Positions 12,173 to 25,600 of a stretch of 64,000 nucleotides of DNA are shown here, piece by piece; positions within the stretch are counted from its first letter, which is position 1; every line of letters starts with the position of its first letter. The notes beneath the pieces are model-generated. The model did no database searches and was not told where the DNA came from. It saw only the letters and a list, made by a program, of their open reading frames with translations. This stretch comes from Psilocybe cubensis (taxonomy: Eukaryota), in assembly GCA_017499595.2 (NCBI GenBank), contig CM039001.1, forward strand, positions 3,286,001 through 3,350,000, in the 5' to 3' direction. A program made the translations under genes and the position numbers.

Positions 12173-14400
12173 ATGCATCTCCCAAGTGGATTGCATTTAA
12201 TAATCTCGTCGCTACTATTCTCGACGTCCATAGCCGCTGCTGCCATCCCGGATGCATCCTCATCGCTGGTAGCCGCTCGAGACTCAACTAAGCTACATAC
12301 ATATTCATCTTCATCACCGTCGGGCATCGAGCTCGACCCATCGACATTCTCAGAGACCATCAAAGAGGGGTTATGGTTCATCGAACACTTTTCACCATAT
12401 TGCGGACATTGTAAACACTTCAAACCGACATGGCAACAACTAGTACTTGATACGAGGGCTAAGGGCGAAGATGGACTTGGGGGAGGCGAAGTGCCAGAGG
12501 TTGGAATGGGAGTTGTTGATTGCACTCTCCACGGTGGTATGTTTACATTCATTTCGGTTTGAAGGCGCTATATATCGAACATTCTACTTTATCGACAGAC
12601 CTGTGCGACGCGAATAAAGTCACAGGATACCCTACGCTACTTATGTTCCACGACGGGAAGATCGTAGACCAATTTAAAAAAGCCAGAGAGCTGGAGGACC
12701 TTAAAGCGTTCATGAAGAGACACGTCAAAGCAGCTGCACCTCCCCCTCCCCCTCCCCCTCCACCTGTAGCTCCCGTTCAACCCCCTGCTGCGGAAGCTGT
12801 AAAACAGCCCCCTGCTGTGACTCTCAACCCAAACATCAACCCCAACGGCGAAGTTCTCTCTCTTACTCCTTCCTCATTCACGTCGATCATGGCCACCGGC
12901 CCAACGTTTGTAAAATTCTTCGCACCGTGGTGCGGGCACTGCAAGAAACTTGCGCCAACATGGAAGCAGCTCGCGAGGCATATGAAGGGCAGGGTGAACA
13001 TCGTTGAAGTCAATTGCGACGACCATACTTCTTTGTGCAAGCAAGAAGGTGTGCAGGGCTACCCAACTCTGATGTGGTATGCAAACCGGGGTGCCAAAGG
13101 CTACGAATATAACAGTGGAAGGAAAATAGACCAGTTGAAGGCATTTACAGATAAGGCCAGTTCTGCGTGAGTGTTACTTGTGTCTATTGGATCGTTATGG
13201 GGCTGGTGTACACGATGATCTTTGCAAGCTGTACTAATTTCATAAATTTAGGGGAGTTCAAGTTCTTGCTGAATCTGCAGACTTGGACAAACATATTGCT
13301 GAAGAAGAAGTGCTCTACTTGCTGTTACATTCTCCCACTGACACCGAAATTCTTGTGCGTTATCTTTATTTCTCCCTCGAAAGACTAAAATTTAAGATTT
13401 CATAGCGCGTGATTCGTGGGGCATCATCTGTTCTCCTGGGCTCTCCTCAAATCTTTGCCTCTTCCGATCCAGCTCTGCACACTCGCTACTCCATTCCAGC
13501 TGGCTCCCCGTGGGCGCTCGTTGCACTCAAGGATCACGACGCCAAAACACCCTCATCAATCCACTACGGATCGTCCCCATCTTCTCTCTATACTTCTTCA
13601 TCGTCGGACGAATCTAAAAAGCTTAACCGCTGGCTTCTCACCCACCGCTTACCCACTACAACTGAACTCACTCGGGATACCTTCCAGAGTGTAATGAATG
13701 CACCCCAATCACCACTTGTAGTACTCTGCTTCTCGCCAGAGAGGACACAAGACGCGGTGATGCGCCGACTGAAGGATATCGGGGCCAAGTGGAGGCATAG
13801 AACAGAGGGAAGCGGCATCGTGCACGGAAAGGAAGTTGTGTTTGCCTGGATGGACGAGGATAAGTGGACGGATTGGATGAAAAGTATGTACGGGCTCGCC
13901 AAGCGCCCTGAGATTGAGGGACAGGGAGATCTGGATACTGTGAGGGTTGTTATTGCCGATCATAGTGTAAGTGTTTTGTGTATATTTTCGCTATGTGATG
14001 CTGATGCGAGGCTTAGAAATTGGTTTATTATAACACTGATCATGCTGGTAACGCTATACGCTTCACGTCATCTTCGAGCATGTTTGCTGCCGTTGATGAT
14101 GCTGCCAGTGGTAAGTCGAAGGCTCACAACTCCGAGGGAACTATCGAGCGTATGGCCAGAGTATGTGATCGCGTTCTTATTCGCTGCGTCGTTACTGAAA
14201 ATTCTCCTTTTCAGTATCTCAACAACAAAATGCAATCTCTCGAATCATTTGTCATTGAAAAACCATTCCACTCCTTGTTTATTCTTATCGCATTCTTTGC
14301 TCTCGCATTCGTGGTGATTACAAGATTGGTTAATTCGGATGTCAGCAGCGCCCAGAACGAGTGGAAAGAGTTGAAGGGTCGAAGTGGGAGGTTGGATTGA
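12173..14400 (+). CDS. ER membrane-anchored protein disulfide isomerase-family protein (EPS1-like), two thioredoxin active sites
   Basis: Signal peptide, FSPYCGHCK and FAPWCGHCK sites, Pro-rich linker, C-terminal hydrophobic helix (FILIAFFALAFVVITRLV). Confidence 0.85.
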
Positions 14401-14670
14401 CAAACGGAAAAATCTAGGTTATCAAGTGGATACACGCATATTTATGGTATGATGCTTGCGAGATTGGTCTAATAATTTATATCCTGCTCCCGCTCACCTA
14501 TGAGAAACTTATCAAGTTGTGTTGCATTTTACGATTCAAAATATTTTAGCAAGTCTTAACCGTCGCCAATGATCACAATATCCCCGAATAACTCAGCAGT
14601 ACCCGAATTGTATAAATTCTGACGAGTTTTAGAATCATCTTATTATCATTACCAAGCCCCGCGTTGTGAT

Positions 14671-15491
14671 ATGTCAATTATCTTCTACGATATACCGTCC
14701 ACATCACCTGGGTACTCTGTCTCCCCAAACACCTGGAGGACAAGGTAAGCACAGTCCAATTTCGCCTATAATGTTTATTCATAATAATTTATCATGTTGT
14801 AACTGCCAGATACTGCCTCAACCTGAAAGGTCTTCCATACACCACCGAATGGGTCGAGTTTCCTGACATCAAAACCCTGTACGAAAAATTGGGTGTGCCA
14901 CCAACATCTAAAACACTTGACGGGAACCCGCACTACACTCTTCCCATGATCTACGATCCTTCCACGCAGAAATACATCTCAGACTCGCTTGCGATCGCTC
15001 AGTATCTGGACGCGCAGTATCCAGGCACCGCAGAATCTGGCAGAGGGACGATATTCCCCAGTGGTTCTGCTGGAGTGATTCAGAACTTTGCTGAAACTGC
15101 GATACCATTGATGATGGATGCGCGATACCTTATCACCTGGAGTCTCTTTAGGAAACTGAATCTGAGCAATGCGACGTATTATCGTGCGCTTCGAGAGGCG
15201 ACCTTTGGTATGAAGATGGAAGAGCTCGTGCCGGATGATAAGCTCGTTAACGAGATAGCCACTCTTGAAGGTATCATGAAGGAAATTGACACTCTGTATT
15301 CAAATACGAATAAAGGGGAGGGGACGTATCTCGTTGGGGACGTGATCTCATGGGGTGATATTATGCTTGCGGCGGTATTGGTCATTTTTAGGATTTCTTG
15401 GGGAGAGGATAGCGAGCTTTGGAAGCAATTGACTTCATGGCATAATGGACGGTGGGGGAAGCTTATGGAGAGTATGAATCGATATGAGTAG
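14671..15491 (+). CDS. Glutathione S-transferase, fungal class A (GSTFuA)-like; 2 exons
   Basis: MSIIFYDIPS...SPNTWRTR|YCLNLKGLPYTTEWVEFPDI, YTLPMIYDP, ISDSLAIAQYLD, YLVGDVISWGD, WHNGRW; TATAAA at about 14611. Confidence 0.88.
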
Positions 15492-16850
15492 TTGTTGATG
15501 TGCGATCAAGTATCATACCCTGTTGGACGGACATCCTCCAAAGAGTCAACAAAGGCTCACGCACAATTTTGCAATAAGTGTAATTAATCGGCCTTGCGTC
15601 GCTGAAACCTCTAGACGACGTCGTTTTACAAGTTTCTTATCAAAAAACTATGGATCCTCCCAGGTCTGGTAAACGGAGGCCAAAGGAGAGCTATTCATAC
15701 CTCCCTTTGTCAATCCATTTGAGTAATCGGTCCCCGACTAAGCGCCTCTGTACACTTGGGCGTGGCAATATATAGCATAACACTTATTTTATCTTACAAA
15801 CACTAGTGCTGCGGTTCGGTAACTCGGATTCCTTCGTTCAGTATAACGTATTGACATTGAATTTGAAATTACGTTCCAGGAAACAGGATTTATGCACCTG
15901 TTCTGATAGACATAAAATTATCCAGATTAGTAGTCGACGTAGGTCGACGTTGCTGGTTATCAAGACACACAAGAACGACTCATTAATGCTGTCTATAGAC
16001 GTCATTAGACCAGCCTCCGTTATTTATTTTCGCAGATAATACGGATGCCCTAATAATACAGGGGTACGATTCTTCTTCTGATTTTCATGTAACTTCCTCT
16101 ATAATGCCATGGGCATGCAAAGACGGCCTGACTAACGCGGTCAGAGTGATGGTAGGGAGAGCGTACTGGCCAGCGTCTATTCTACAACCTAAGGTTTGAC
16201 ACTTTTTAACGCTCAAATTCTGGCCCGATCCGAGTCGATTCTTTGATGATAAAAAAGTGTCGCATATTTTTCAATCTGCGCGTCAAAAATACTGATATTC
16301 TATCTTGCCTCGAGCTTTTCAGCTCGATATCATACTACAGGTCACGTTCAACTTGATCCGTCTACTTCCCGAAGTTTTCAGTGTTGATATTTCTCACTGC
16401 AGAAAGAAGATGTTGTCTTCGATTATTTAAAATAGGATAGGCAATACAACAAAAAATTATTTTTACTCGGATTTGCGGATTTGCGAATCCTTCAAGTATT
16501 TGTTCAATCTTGCCGCATAACAAGCTAACAAGTCTGGGGCGCTTGTCCGGGCAAGGCTATTTTACAGCCGGTATCGCCGTCGGGTATTCCATTTGGTCAT
16601 TTCGATGACGAAAATCTACCAAGCCGAAGTCTCTGACCGCCGCCCATGCTTGACCGTCTAGTGCCACCACCAACTGCGCTGCCAGCTCCTCCGTTGATGC
16701 TAATCTCGCTTGGAACTTGTCGGAACGTCAAAAGGTAGGCAGCTTTGGTTGTCCTTAAACATCGACCATACACCCAATTCCACCACCCAGTTCATCTGAT
16801 AATTGAACCGAAACTACCTCTCTTTCCACTGCGAACGTCTTGCACAAGTC

Positions 16851-19613
16851 ATGGAACTTCCGCCGGGGTTCTTCTACACTCTCGGCCTGGTGCCTTACTT
16901 CACCATTCCTTCAGTGCTTGTCTTCTATTCGTTTAGGCTGTTGCAAGCATACCAGCCAGTCGCCGCCCTGATCCCTACCTGGGCCATCGTCATTGTTGCA
17001 ATCATCGCGCGCCCAGTCTTCTTCTACGTTGGGTGGTACTACAAGGTGTGGCAGGATAGGAGGACTGCTGCGGCCAATGGGGCGGTGTTGGCACCCCACA
17101 TCAAAGAGTCGGCGTTTGAGATTATTCCTGAGTTGATCTCGAGCAACAGTACTGGGTATCCTGGTAAGTCGCCCCGTCAAAATTCGAAGCCTTGTCTCAC
17201 CCCCATCCTTTCGATTAACTTAGGTGGAATGATTTATCGGTGGTCGAGGATACATGGATACACGTACCAGCTAAGTCTCATCACCAGTAGCACCGTGCGT
17301 ACTCGTTATCTACGTACTGTATCAATAACAATAACACTTTTAATTCTACAAAAGGTCGTTACAATGGAGCCAGATCACATTAAGGTATCGTGGTACGGGA
17401 ATGTTTATTTCACGCATCGTTGACTTCGAGCAGGCCATACTTGCAACTCAATTCGATTCATTTGACAAAGGTGGAGCGAAGGGATTCAATCCAATTACGT
17501 TTTGTTAACTAATTACTACCCAAGGTTCAACCTTCATCTCCCAGATGACTTCTCTGCTGGGAACCGGTGTTTTTAATGCGGATGGTAAGTACTTTTTTTT
17601 CTGCGAAGGGCTTTTACTTAAGTTGACATGCAGGTGAGATGTGGAAGTGAGCTTAACCAACTAACACTGTCTCTGGGATACAATTAAACATATAACTTTA
17701 GATTCCACCGTGCAATGACACGCCCCTTCTTTACTCGCGAAAGAATTAGCGATTTTGATATCTATGACCGAAATTGCGACTTGTCGATAAAAGCTGCTAA
17801 ACAGAGGCTCAAGGAAGGGTATACTGTTGACTTCCAGGTACGCTTGTCATCTAACATTATTGTGCCACTATCGCTCATGGGCGCATTCACTTTAGGACCT
17901 TGTTTCGCGCTTCACTCTTGACTCGGCTTCTGAGTTCCTCTTTGGAAATAACGTAGGCTCCCTCTTAGCCGGGATCCCTTATCCTCCATCAGCATCCAAA
18001 AGAGCGGATGAGTATCATACCCACCCTTCCACCATTTTTACAAAAGCGTTCTCGGCAGGCCAATTAAAATCTGTTGAGCGCATTGGGTTGGGTAAAGATT
18101 GGCCTCTTGCGGAATTATGGAAGGACCACGTTAAACCGTTCAGGAAGGTGATTGATGACTTCACAGAGCCATTGATGAAAGCAGCATTGGAGAAACGGGA
18201 GCGCGATATGAGGGAGAAAGAGAAAAACCCCGAACTGGACGACGAAGAGGATGTTACTCTATTGACTCATCTGGTTAGGCATACTCAAGGTCAGTGGATT
18301 AATCGAGTTCGCTAACTGCAATATAATATTGACCTATTTTTAGACCAAAAAATCATCAAAGACGAGGTGAACGAACTAGAGCTTACAAGAAAATATTGTT
18401 TTTACTCACCATTACTTTCTATTTTTTAGCTTGTCAATTTGATGGTTGCTGGCCGTGATACTGTAGGTACTCACATTTTGTATCACATCTAAGTAAACTA
18501 ATCTGGTCGTCCCCTTAAGACCATGTGCCTCTTGACATTCTCGATGTACATGCTCACTCAACATCCGGATATTGAGAAACGACTTCGCCAAGAAATATTT
18601 GATAAGGTCGGTCCCAATGGTAGGCCAACGTACGATCAGATGAGAGAAATGAGATACTTGAGGGCTTTCCTTAACGGTACGTCTGTCTCTGATGTCTTAT
18701 ACTCCATGAACTTCTTAAACAGATTCACTTCTTTTTGTATGCATACGTTTTAGAGGTTCTGCGGCTTTATCCACCTGTGTACGGTCATATTTACACATCC
18801 ATACCTCCTTCATTAAACTGACTACGGTCGATGACACATTATTAGGCCGGTTAATATGAGGTCTTGTCAAGTTTGCCAGTTCTTTAGTGCTAAGTACTCA
18901 ATTTCGTTTTTAGAACGTCAAACAAAGATGTTCTGTTACCGACTAAACGGGCGGGACAACCACCATTGTTTGTCCCCGCGGGTACCAGGTATGAATTGTT
19001 AAAGACTTTTTTTTGGTCTAACTAACCTATATCTCTCAACCCTAGTTGCATGTACAGTATTCTAGATATGCAAAGGAGGACTGATTTATGGGGACCGGAC
19101 GGTAACGAATACTCACTTGAGCAATGATTCAAAGATTAAACCATTTCCATTCAGCCTTAATATTTGACCCTGATCGATTCCTCGACGAAAGATTGCACAA
19201 ATATCTGACACCTAACCCTTTCATTTTCACTCCTTTCAACGCTGGTCCTCGTATTTGCCTTGGTCAACAGGTCAGTATCATCTGTAGTCGGGACCTATGG
19301 AAATATTGATCCACGTGCCCCTCAATAGTTCGCATATCATGAAGCCACGTTCTACCTCGTTCGTCTACTTCAAAACTTCAAACACTTTACGTTAGACTAC
19401 GCCACCAATTCTCCTCCCCCGGCTGATTGGGCACAAGGGGAAGGGTTGAAGAAAACGGAGAAGGTTTATTTGCTGGCTCATCTTACAATGTATATCAAGG
19501 TGAGTCTTATACTTCCATCAATAATTTTTTTTTATCGAAGTTGGATGCGATGTAACTTTTTTGGTTTTCAGGACGGCCTTTGGGTTAACATGGAGGAACT
19601 TAACGCGAACTAA
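16851..19613 (+). CDS. Cytochrome P450, CYP63-like (CYP52 clan), copy 1; 17 introns
   Basis: [66 protein letters not shown] heme motif. Confidence 0.92.
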
Positions 19614-20021
19614 TTTGACAGGGCTCTTGCTCTCAACATTAAATCACAAGACATTTTTGTGGATTTCTTGGATGCGATGTCAAGATATAGTTGTTACAAT
19701 GGCCAATTAACCATGTCGCTGTTCTTGAACGATGATATTTGTTGAAATACCACTTGAATACCTCACTGAAAGCAGTTCTGCGTTTATAATAGAACATGGC
19801 TACCCTCCTATTTTTAAGATCTAATACCATGTACTGGAACAATTACATGCAGTGGGACTTTATGTTCACCGGTCATCCTTGAAATAAGACTTGGGCCCGG
19901 CTGCAGATGATGTCGGTCGCGTGTGGCGCGACGCGTACAGCCATCACGTGTCAACAAAAATCAATTTCCGTCACTGTTCTGCAACCTTCGAGTAGGGAGC
20001 CTACATCTTCGAAAAGAACTC

Positions 20022-22010
20022 ATGCGGTTGCGCATTCAAACACAAAACCCGTTACCCCCGTTGAAAGCATGGTTTACACCAGACGTACAGGAGACACCTG
20101 AAACTATCCACGATCTCAAAGAAAACCTTTGTCGGGAGGTTCATGTTCTTAAAAATGGAGCACTCAAAGCGGAACAATTGACATTGCTGCTTGATGGGTT
20201 CGAGCTCTTGGACGACACTCCTTTTGACACTGTCGTGAGAGATGGCGATCTTATTTGCATTAAATCAAGACCATTGGATCGTACAGCGAACTCTAAAGTG
20301 GCTTTGGGGGGCGAGCAAGGTGCGCCGACCGCGAGCTCTTGTATTTACACTGTGAACTGATGTGCTCCGGTACAGAAGTTCCTCGTGGGCTGAAGAGGAA
20401 GCGTTCGATTAGTGTGCGCGAACCAACCGTAACTTTGTCAAAAAAGCGCGTAGTCAAACGCGCTGAATCACCAGAAGATAGCAGCTCTGAATCGGATTCC
20501 TCTTCTTCGTCTTCCTCCTCTTCATCATCGTCGTCGTCTTTATCTTCATCCACGTCGTCTTCATCCTCCTCCTCTTCCACCTCCACCTCCTCTTCCTCTT
20601 CTTCTGCCTCTTCATCACCCCCGAAGCCACAGTCATCTAAAGCACCGATCACTGTTGCGTCTAAATCTATACCCACATCAGGGTGAGCTCAAATTCAAAT
20701 TGCAATATACTGTCCTATATTTTATCTCCTTAGCCAGACCGCCACTTACCACACTCCTCCGGGCTTTGGAAAGCCTGCTACCCACTCAAGAAACCAGCGC
20801 CGTCGGAAAAAGAGAGAATTAGAAAAGGCCGCCGCTCTTGCTGCAAATGCTCCGCCGAAAGGCAGCTCAGATGCTAACTCACTGCCGTTAGGGCAACCAA
20901 GGACACGAAACGAGCCTGCTGCCGCAGGCCCCGTGGTCCAGTCTACGCCTACGCCCGCTCCTCAACCAGCGCGCGTTGAAGACGTGCAAGAAAAAACTCC
21001 CATTAGGAGCGAAGATGCGAGCTCCAGGAGCACCCCGGTCTATATCACCAAAGATCAAGTCATGATGGGCTCACTGCGAAACAAAAACAAAAAGAAGGGG
21101 TTCAAACTTTCCATGGCCAATCCTATTCCTCAAAAAATCGTATTCTCCGCTGAGACGTCTGCAGGCACAGCCCCGAAGGACATCGTGGCTCAGAATGAAC
21201 CACCGGCACCTGCGATGGACGTGGATTCTTCCCCGCATCGACCTCCTCCGAAGGCTGCCCGGCCGCCACCGCGCCTTGTTCCTCCATCCGAACTACAAGA
21301 CGCGGGGCTGCTCCCTCCCAACATGTTCGTGACGAGCGTAGATGTCGAGGCTGGCATGTGGGATAACATCAGCGCTGAACAGCAATCGTCAAATAAACGC
21401 AAGAACCGCAAAAAGGCTGCCAAATCGCGAAATGAAGACGAGTATTATACCCGGGACGATTGGTACGCCCGAGATGAATCTTTCGCTGAAGACTATTCCT
21501 CTGTGGCGCTGCCATACTCGGAGGAGGTCGAGGCGGATTCAAATAGTAAATACCCGTCGACATCAGATCACTTTGACTGGGAGCAAGCAGAGCAGGTCTG
21601 GGACAAAAGTGCGGTTGTATCCAGCTCTGAGCAGCTAGTAATTGGTGCCATTGTCGGTTGGAAGGTTCGTCAATTGGGTCTTGTCGATGCTATGTTTCTC
21701 CACATCTGACATTATATTATTGTAGGAACTTGCCATGAATCCTCAAACACTATCACCAGAATTTTTGCTGAGCGCTGCGAAGATCATCCGCGTTGAAGCG
21801 CCTACCACTCCTACACCATCAGGGCACCAAATATCAGTAGCAGTTCGAGCTATACCTCGTTCTGGATCGAGTCAGGCAGCCTTGTCTTTTGGTCTTGCTG
21901 GAGATTGGGATGCAGACGGAGAAGGGGAGGGTAGTTTGGGTGAAGAAGAGATTCTTTCATGGGCTGAGGGAATGGAACCCCAGTGGCGCATTCTAAAAGG
22001 TCTGGATTGA
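20022..22010 (+). CDS. Coilin-like protein (N-terminal coilin domain, Ser-rich low complexity, C-terminal Tudor-like region)
   Basis: MRLRIQ...KAWF...LTLLLDGFELL...VVRDGDLICIK resembles the coilin N-terminal domain; long poly-Ser tract; basic NLS-like patches; C-terminal LVIGAIVGWKELAMNPQTLSPE resembles the coilin Tudor-like segment. Confidence 0.62.
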
Positions 22011-22607
22011 TCGACATTTAATTCTACAGTAGAAAACTTTGATGATATGCCCCACAAGGCATTCTGCTTCATCTATCTTGTAAATGAAGATCTCTTATTC
22101 AACTTCGCTTCTCACACTTACTGGTTTTGTATCGATATTTCACACCAAACGGCATTGCATCACATTTTTCAATCAAACTACTACTCTACTTTTAATGACA
22201 TACATGAGCAAAGCCACGCATGTACCCTATGTATTCGTCCAAGCAATGGACGACACACGAGAAGCAAAAACGCCTACACAAGATGGCGCAACGAGGGGGA
22301 TAGGAGGCGATTCTAGGTAATATAAAACAAGTCAGGCATGTAATGTAAGTACACTTGGGATGGATGATATCGATTGATCGACAGGTTAGGGTGCGTGAAG
22401 CAGAATAGATATAAAAATACACATATCCTTAAGGAGGATGGATGGTTATGCTTCGGTCGTGAAGAATTACAAGTGGTCAAGAGGGAAGGACGTATTTGAG
22501 TGATTAGAGTTTTGATGCAGATGATTGGACGTTTAGGTTGGATGGAATTGCAAGGACAGAGGTAGTGTTGGTGAAGAAATATCCGTTAAAAGGAAGGGAT
22601 ATATGAG

Positions 22608-25600
22608 TTATAGTGGTACCGAGTGGTCGGTCAAGACTCCACTGATACGGTTATAGACAGCCTCCGGGTATTGTCTACAATTCCAAAATAAAGATCAGGG
22701 ACGAACGAGAAAGAAATAATATTGAACGAACCTTTCTCTCAACCGTTCCAGAAGCGCCAGTGCACCCCGACGATTACCGCATCCAAGTTCCGCGCGAACC
22801 ATCACTTCCCAAGTCGAAGGCTATACAATAGTACAATGTACGAGATTAGTGAAAAAAAAATTGCTGATATAAACATGGAAGCACATACCTCACGGTACAC
22901 AGGCTCCATGACGGGGACACCAGGAGTGTTCGAATCATGCGGTGCATGGTTATTTGGCGCCGCCACACCCGTTGGTGGGTCCAAAAGCGACTCAAACACC
23001 GCCCTTGCCTGGTTCATATCGTTCACATTCGCGTATCCCTTGATCAAAAAGTTGGCAATGTACGCCGTCATGTGCACGCCGCTCTCGCTCATCTTGGACA
23101 CATACACCGGAATTAGGTCGGTGCGCTTGTGTGCGACGATGGCGTTGATGAGCGCCTCAAATACGACCGCGTCGGGAGCCGGAGCGCGAGGTACCTTGTG
23201 CATCGTTTCGAAGATGGAAATGGCCTTGTCGAGATCTTTGTTGACACACCCATACGCATTTATGAGGGACGCAAAGTGGGCCCCAGTGATAGGCACCTCC
23301 GTATGTTTCTGCAACTGAGCGAAAGTGGCTTCCATTTTCGCGAGGTCAATTGGCTCGATAGAGCCATATGCATCCATCAATAGCTAACAAGTTTGAATAA
23401 ATAAATGAACCAGGAGAAAAAGGATTGTCGGCATACCTTGTATGTATGCGAGGAGGGCTTAACACCGGCTCTGCGCATCTCCTCCCGGAAGAATAAAACG
23501 CTATTCCTGATAGGTTTCGTGGTTGTGTAAAGCTGCATCATCGTATTGTATGGCGGAACCCTGGGCTTGAAGTCCGGAGCCTGTGTCATCTCAGTGAAAA
23601 GCGACTCGGCCGACAATACATCGCCCACGCGCGCACATGCACCAATGACTGCACCATACGTGATCGACGACGGGTGGATTCCGCTAGCCTTCATTTGCTG
23701 GAATAGCTCGATCGCATAATCCGCCTTGCGCGCCTTGGAAAGCTTCGAGATGATATTGTTGTACAGGTACAGATTAGGTTGCACGCCGTGGGCGATAGCT
23801 TCATTGAATAGTGAAAGCGCAGCCGACGCATCATCTGTGGTATCCTTAACATGCTGAATTAACACTCCGTACCCATCAGCAGAAGGACTGCCGCCCGCCT
23901 CAAGTATCCGAAGCCGATGATTATGCGCTGCTTCCAGATTTTCCGAATGGCCTAGGGCAATAATCATGCTGTTCTCGATCGAGACCCACGACGCAAACTT
24001 CGACTTCTCCTCGATGGACGGAAGTACGGCCTGTGCGATCTGATACAGCTCCGCAACCTTCTCTGTCTCCTTTGCACGCCCTAGGCCTTCGATGAGGCGC
24101 GAGAACGTGTGGGGCATCGGCACGACGCCCTTTTCCACACCCTGAGAGAATGCCTGGTATCCTTTTATGACATCAAACTCGTACCGACGTCCCACGCGTT
24201 TAAAGGCAGCCGTTTCGATGACTTTAGTTTGGTACCTATCAATGCGGAGATGGGAGTTCTCGCTCTCGGACGTCACGGGCATAGTTGTGCTTTCCATGCG
24301 TTCGATGGACGGGTTAGGCAGTTCCTTCAAAGCATTCTCAAGAGCGGCGAGGTTCAGTCGATCAAACTGCTTCCCGGCTGACTCATATGATGGGCCCAAC
24401 TTCACCAGGAACTGCTGGCGCGCTTTTGGATCAGGATACAGTCTTCCCAACACATCTAAGGTCTTGCGTTGCGTGTCGAGCTTGAAGATGGAAAATTCGA
24501 TTTTTTGGGTTGACAAGTCGTCAAGTAGGCTAACTAGACCATTGAACGCGTATCCGGGGATGGGAGGCAGATTTTCAGGGTTTCCGTTAACCACATTCGC
24601 TTCCAAGTAGGCTGCATAAGACAGAAGGGTTTCCCAATCATTGACACTGAGCTCCGAATAAGGTATGAGGTTCTGGAACCGCGCTCGGCCGTAGGCATGC
24701 AGGATGTGAGGTGCAAACGAGAGCTGTTTGGGCAACGCCAGATTCTCCCCCATGCGTGCCAAGGCAAGAGCAGAAAGGAATGGAAGCTCGCCGTTGCGGT
24801 TCACCAACGTCGTGGTAACATGGTCAATGAAGTCTTTGGAGGTGTTGCGCAGCCATTGGAGTACATGAGCGAGGCTGCCATCGTAATCCGCTTGGAATTG
24901 CTCCAAAATACTAGTAGTCATCACAGCGCATGCCGTCTCGAAGTCTCCTCTTGAAACGAACGCCTTGCAGATATTGGTCTTCATCTCCAATTTTTCCTGT
25001 ACCGGTTCATACTCAACGAGGTCGTCCAAAAGGAACTGCAGGGTTTGAAGAGCCGTTTGCTCGTCGAGCTTATCCAAGTTGTCCATGTTTGCACGATGGA
25101 TCAGAACGTGATCGATTTGCCGAGTGTGGAGACTGTCCTCTTTGCTAACAGACCGGTAGATAGTATACAGGCGATTGAGTTCCTGGAGATTGCCCTCCGC
25201 TGCCAGTGCATCGAGAACCAAGTGCCAGGCAACGCTATCAGGTCGCATCGCTTTGCCGCCCAAGCCTTCGAAAGGACTCGAAGGTGTCTTTGCCTGAGTC
25301 AAAAGCTGGTTGAACCATGCCAATGCCGATTGAAGATCGCCTCCAAGAAGGAAACCTGCAATAACTGTGGTGAACGTAGACGAAGTGGCGATAGGAATGT
25401 CTTGGGGAGTGAACCGGTCACCCGCTGTCGAGTTGACCATTCGTTCGACGAGTTCAATGGCTTTGTCTGGCATCTCGGCACGGAAATAGGCCTCAATCAT
25501 TACGTTCCAAACCATAATTTGCGCCCGTCGCTCAGCATCGGCCATAGGGAGAGGGTAACGCCTGAGTTTGCCTGAACGAGATGCGGTAAGGAAGGCTTCG

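Noticed and set aside
12738..12765. C-rich (CCCCCT)n run, G-quadruplex or telomere-like
   Set aside because: Encodes the poly-Pro linker of the PDI-like protein
20293..20676. Acidic poly-Glu/Asp ORF on the minus strand
   Set aside because: Antisense shadow of the poly-Ser tract of the coilin-like gene
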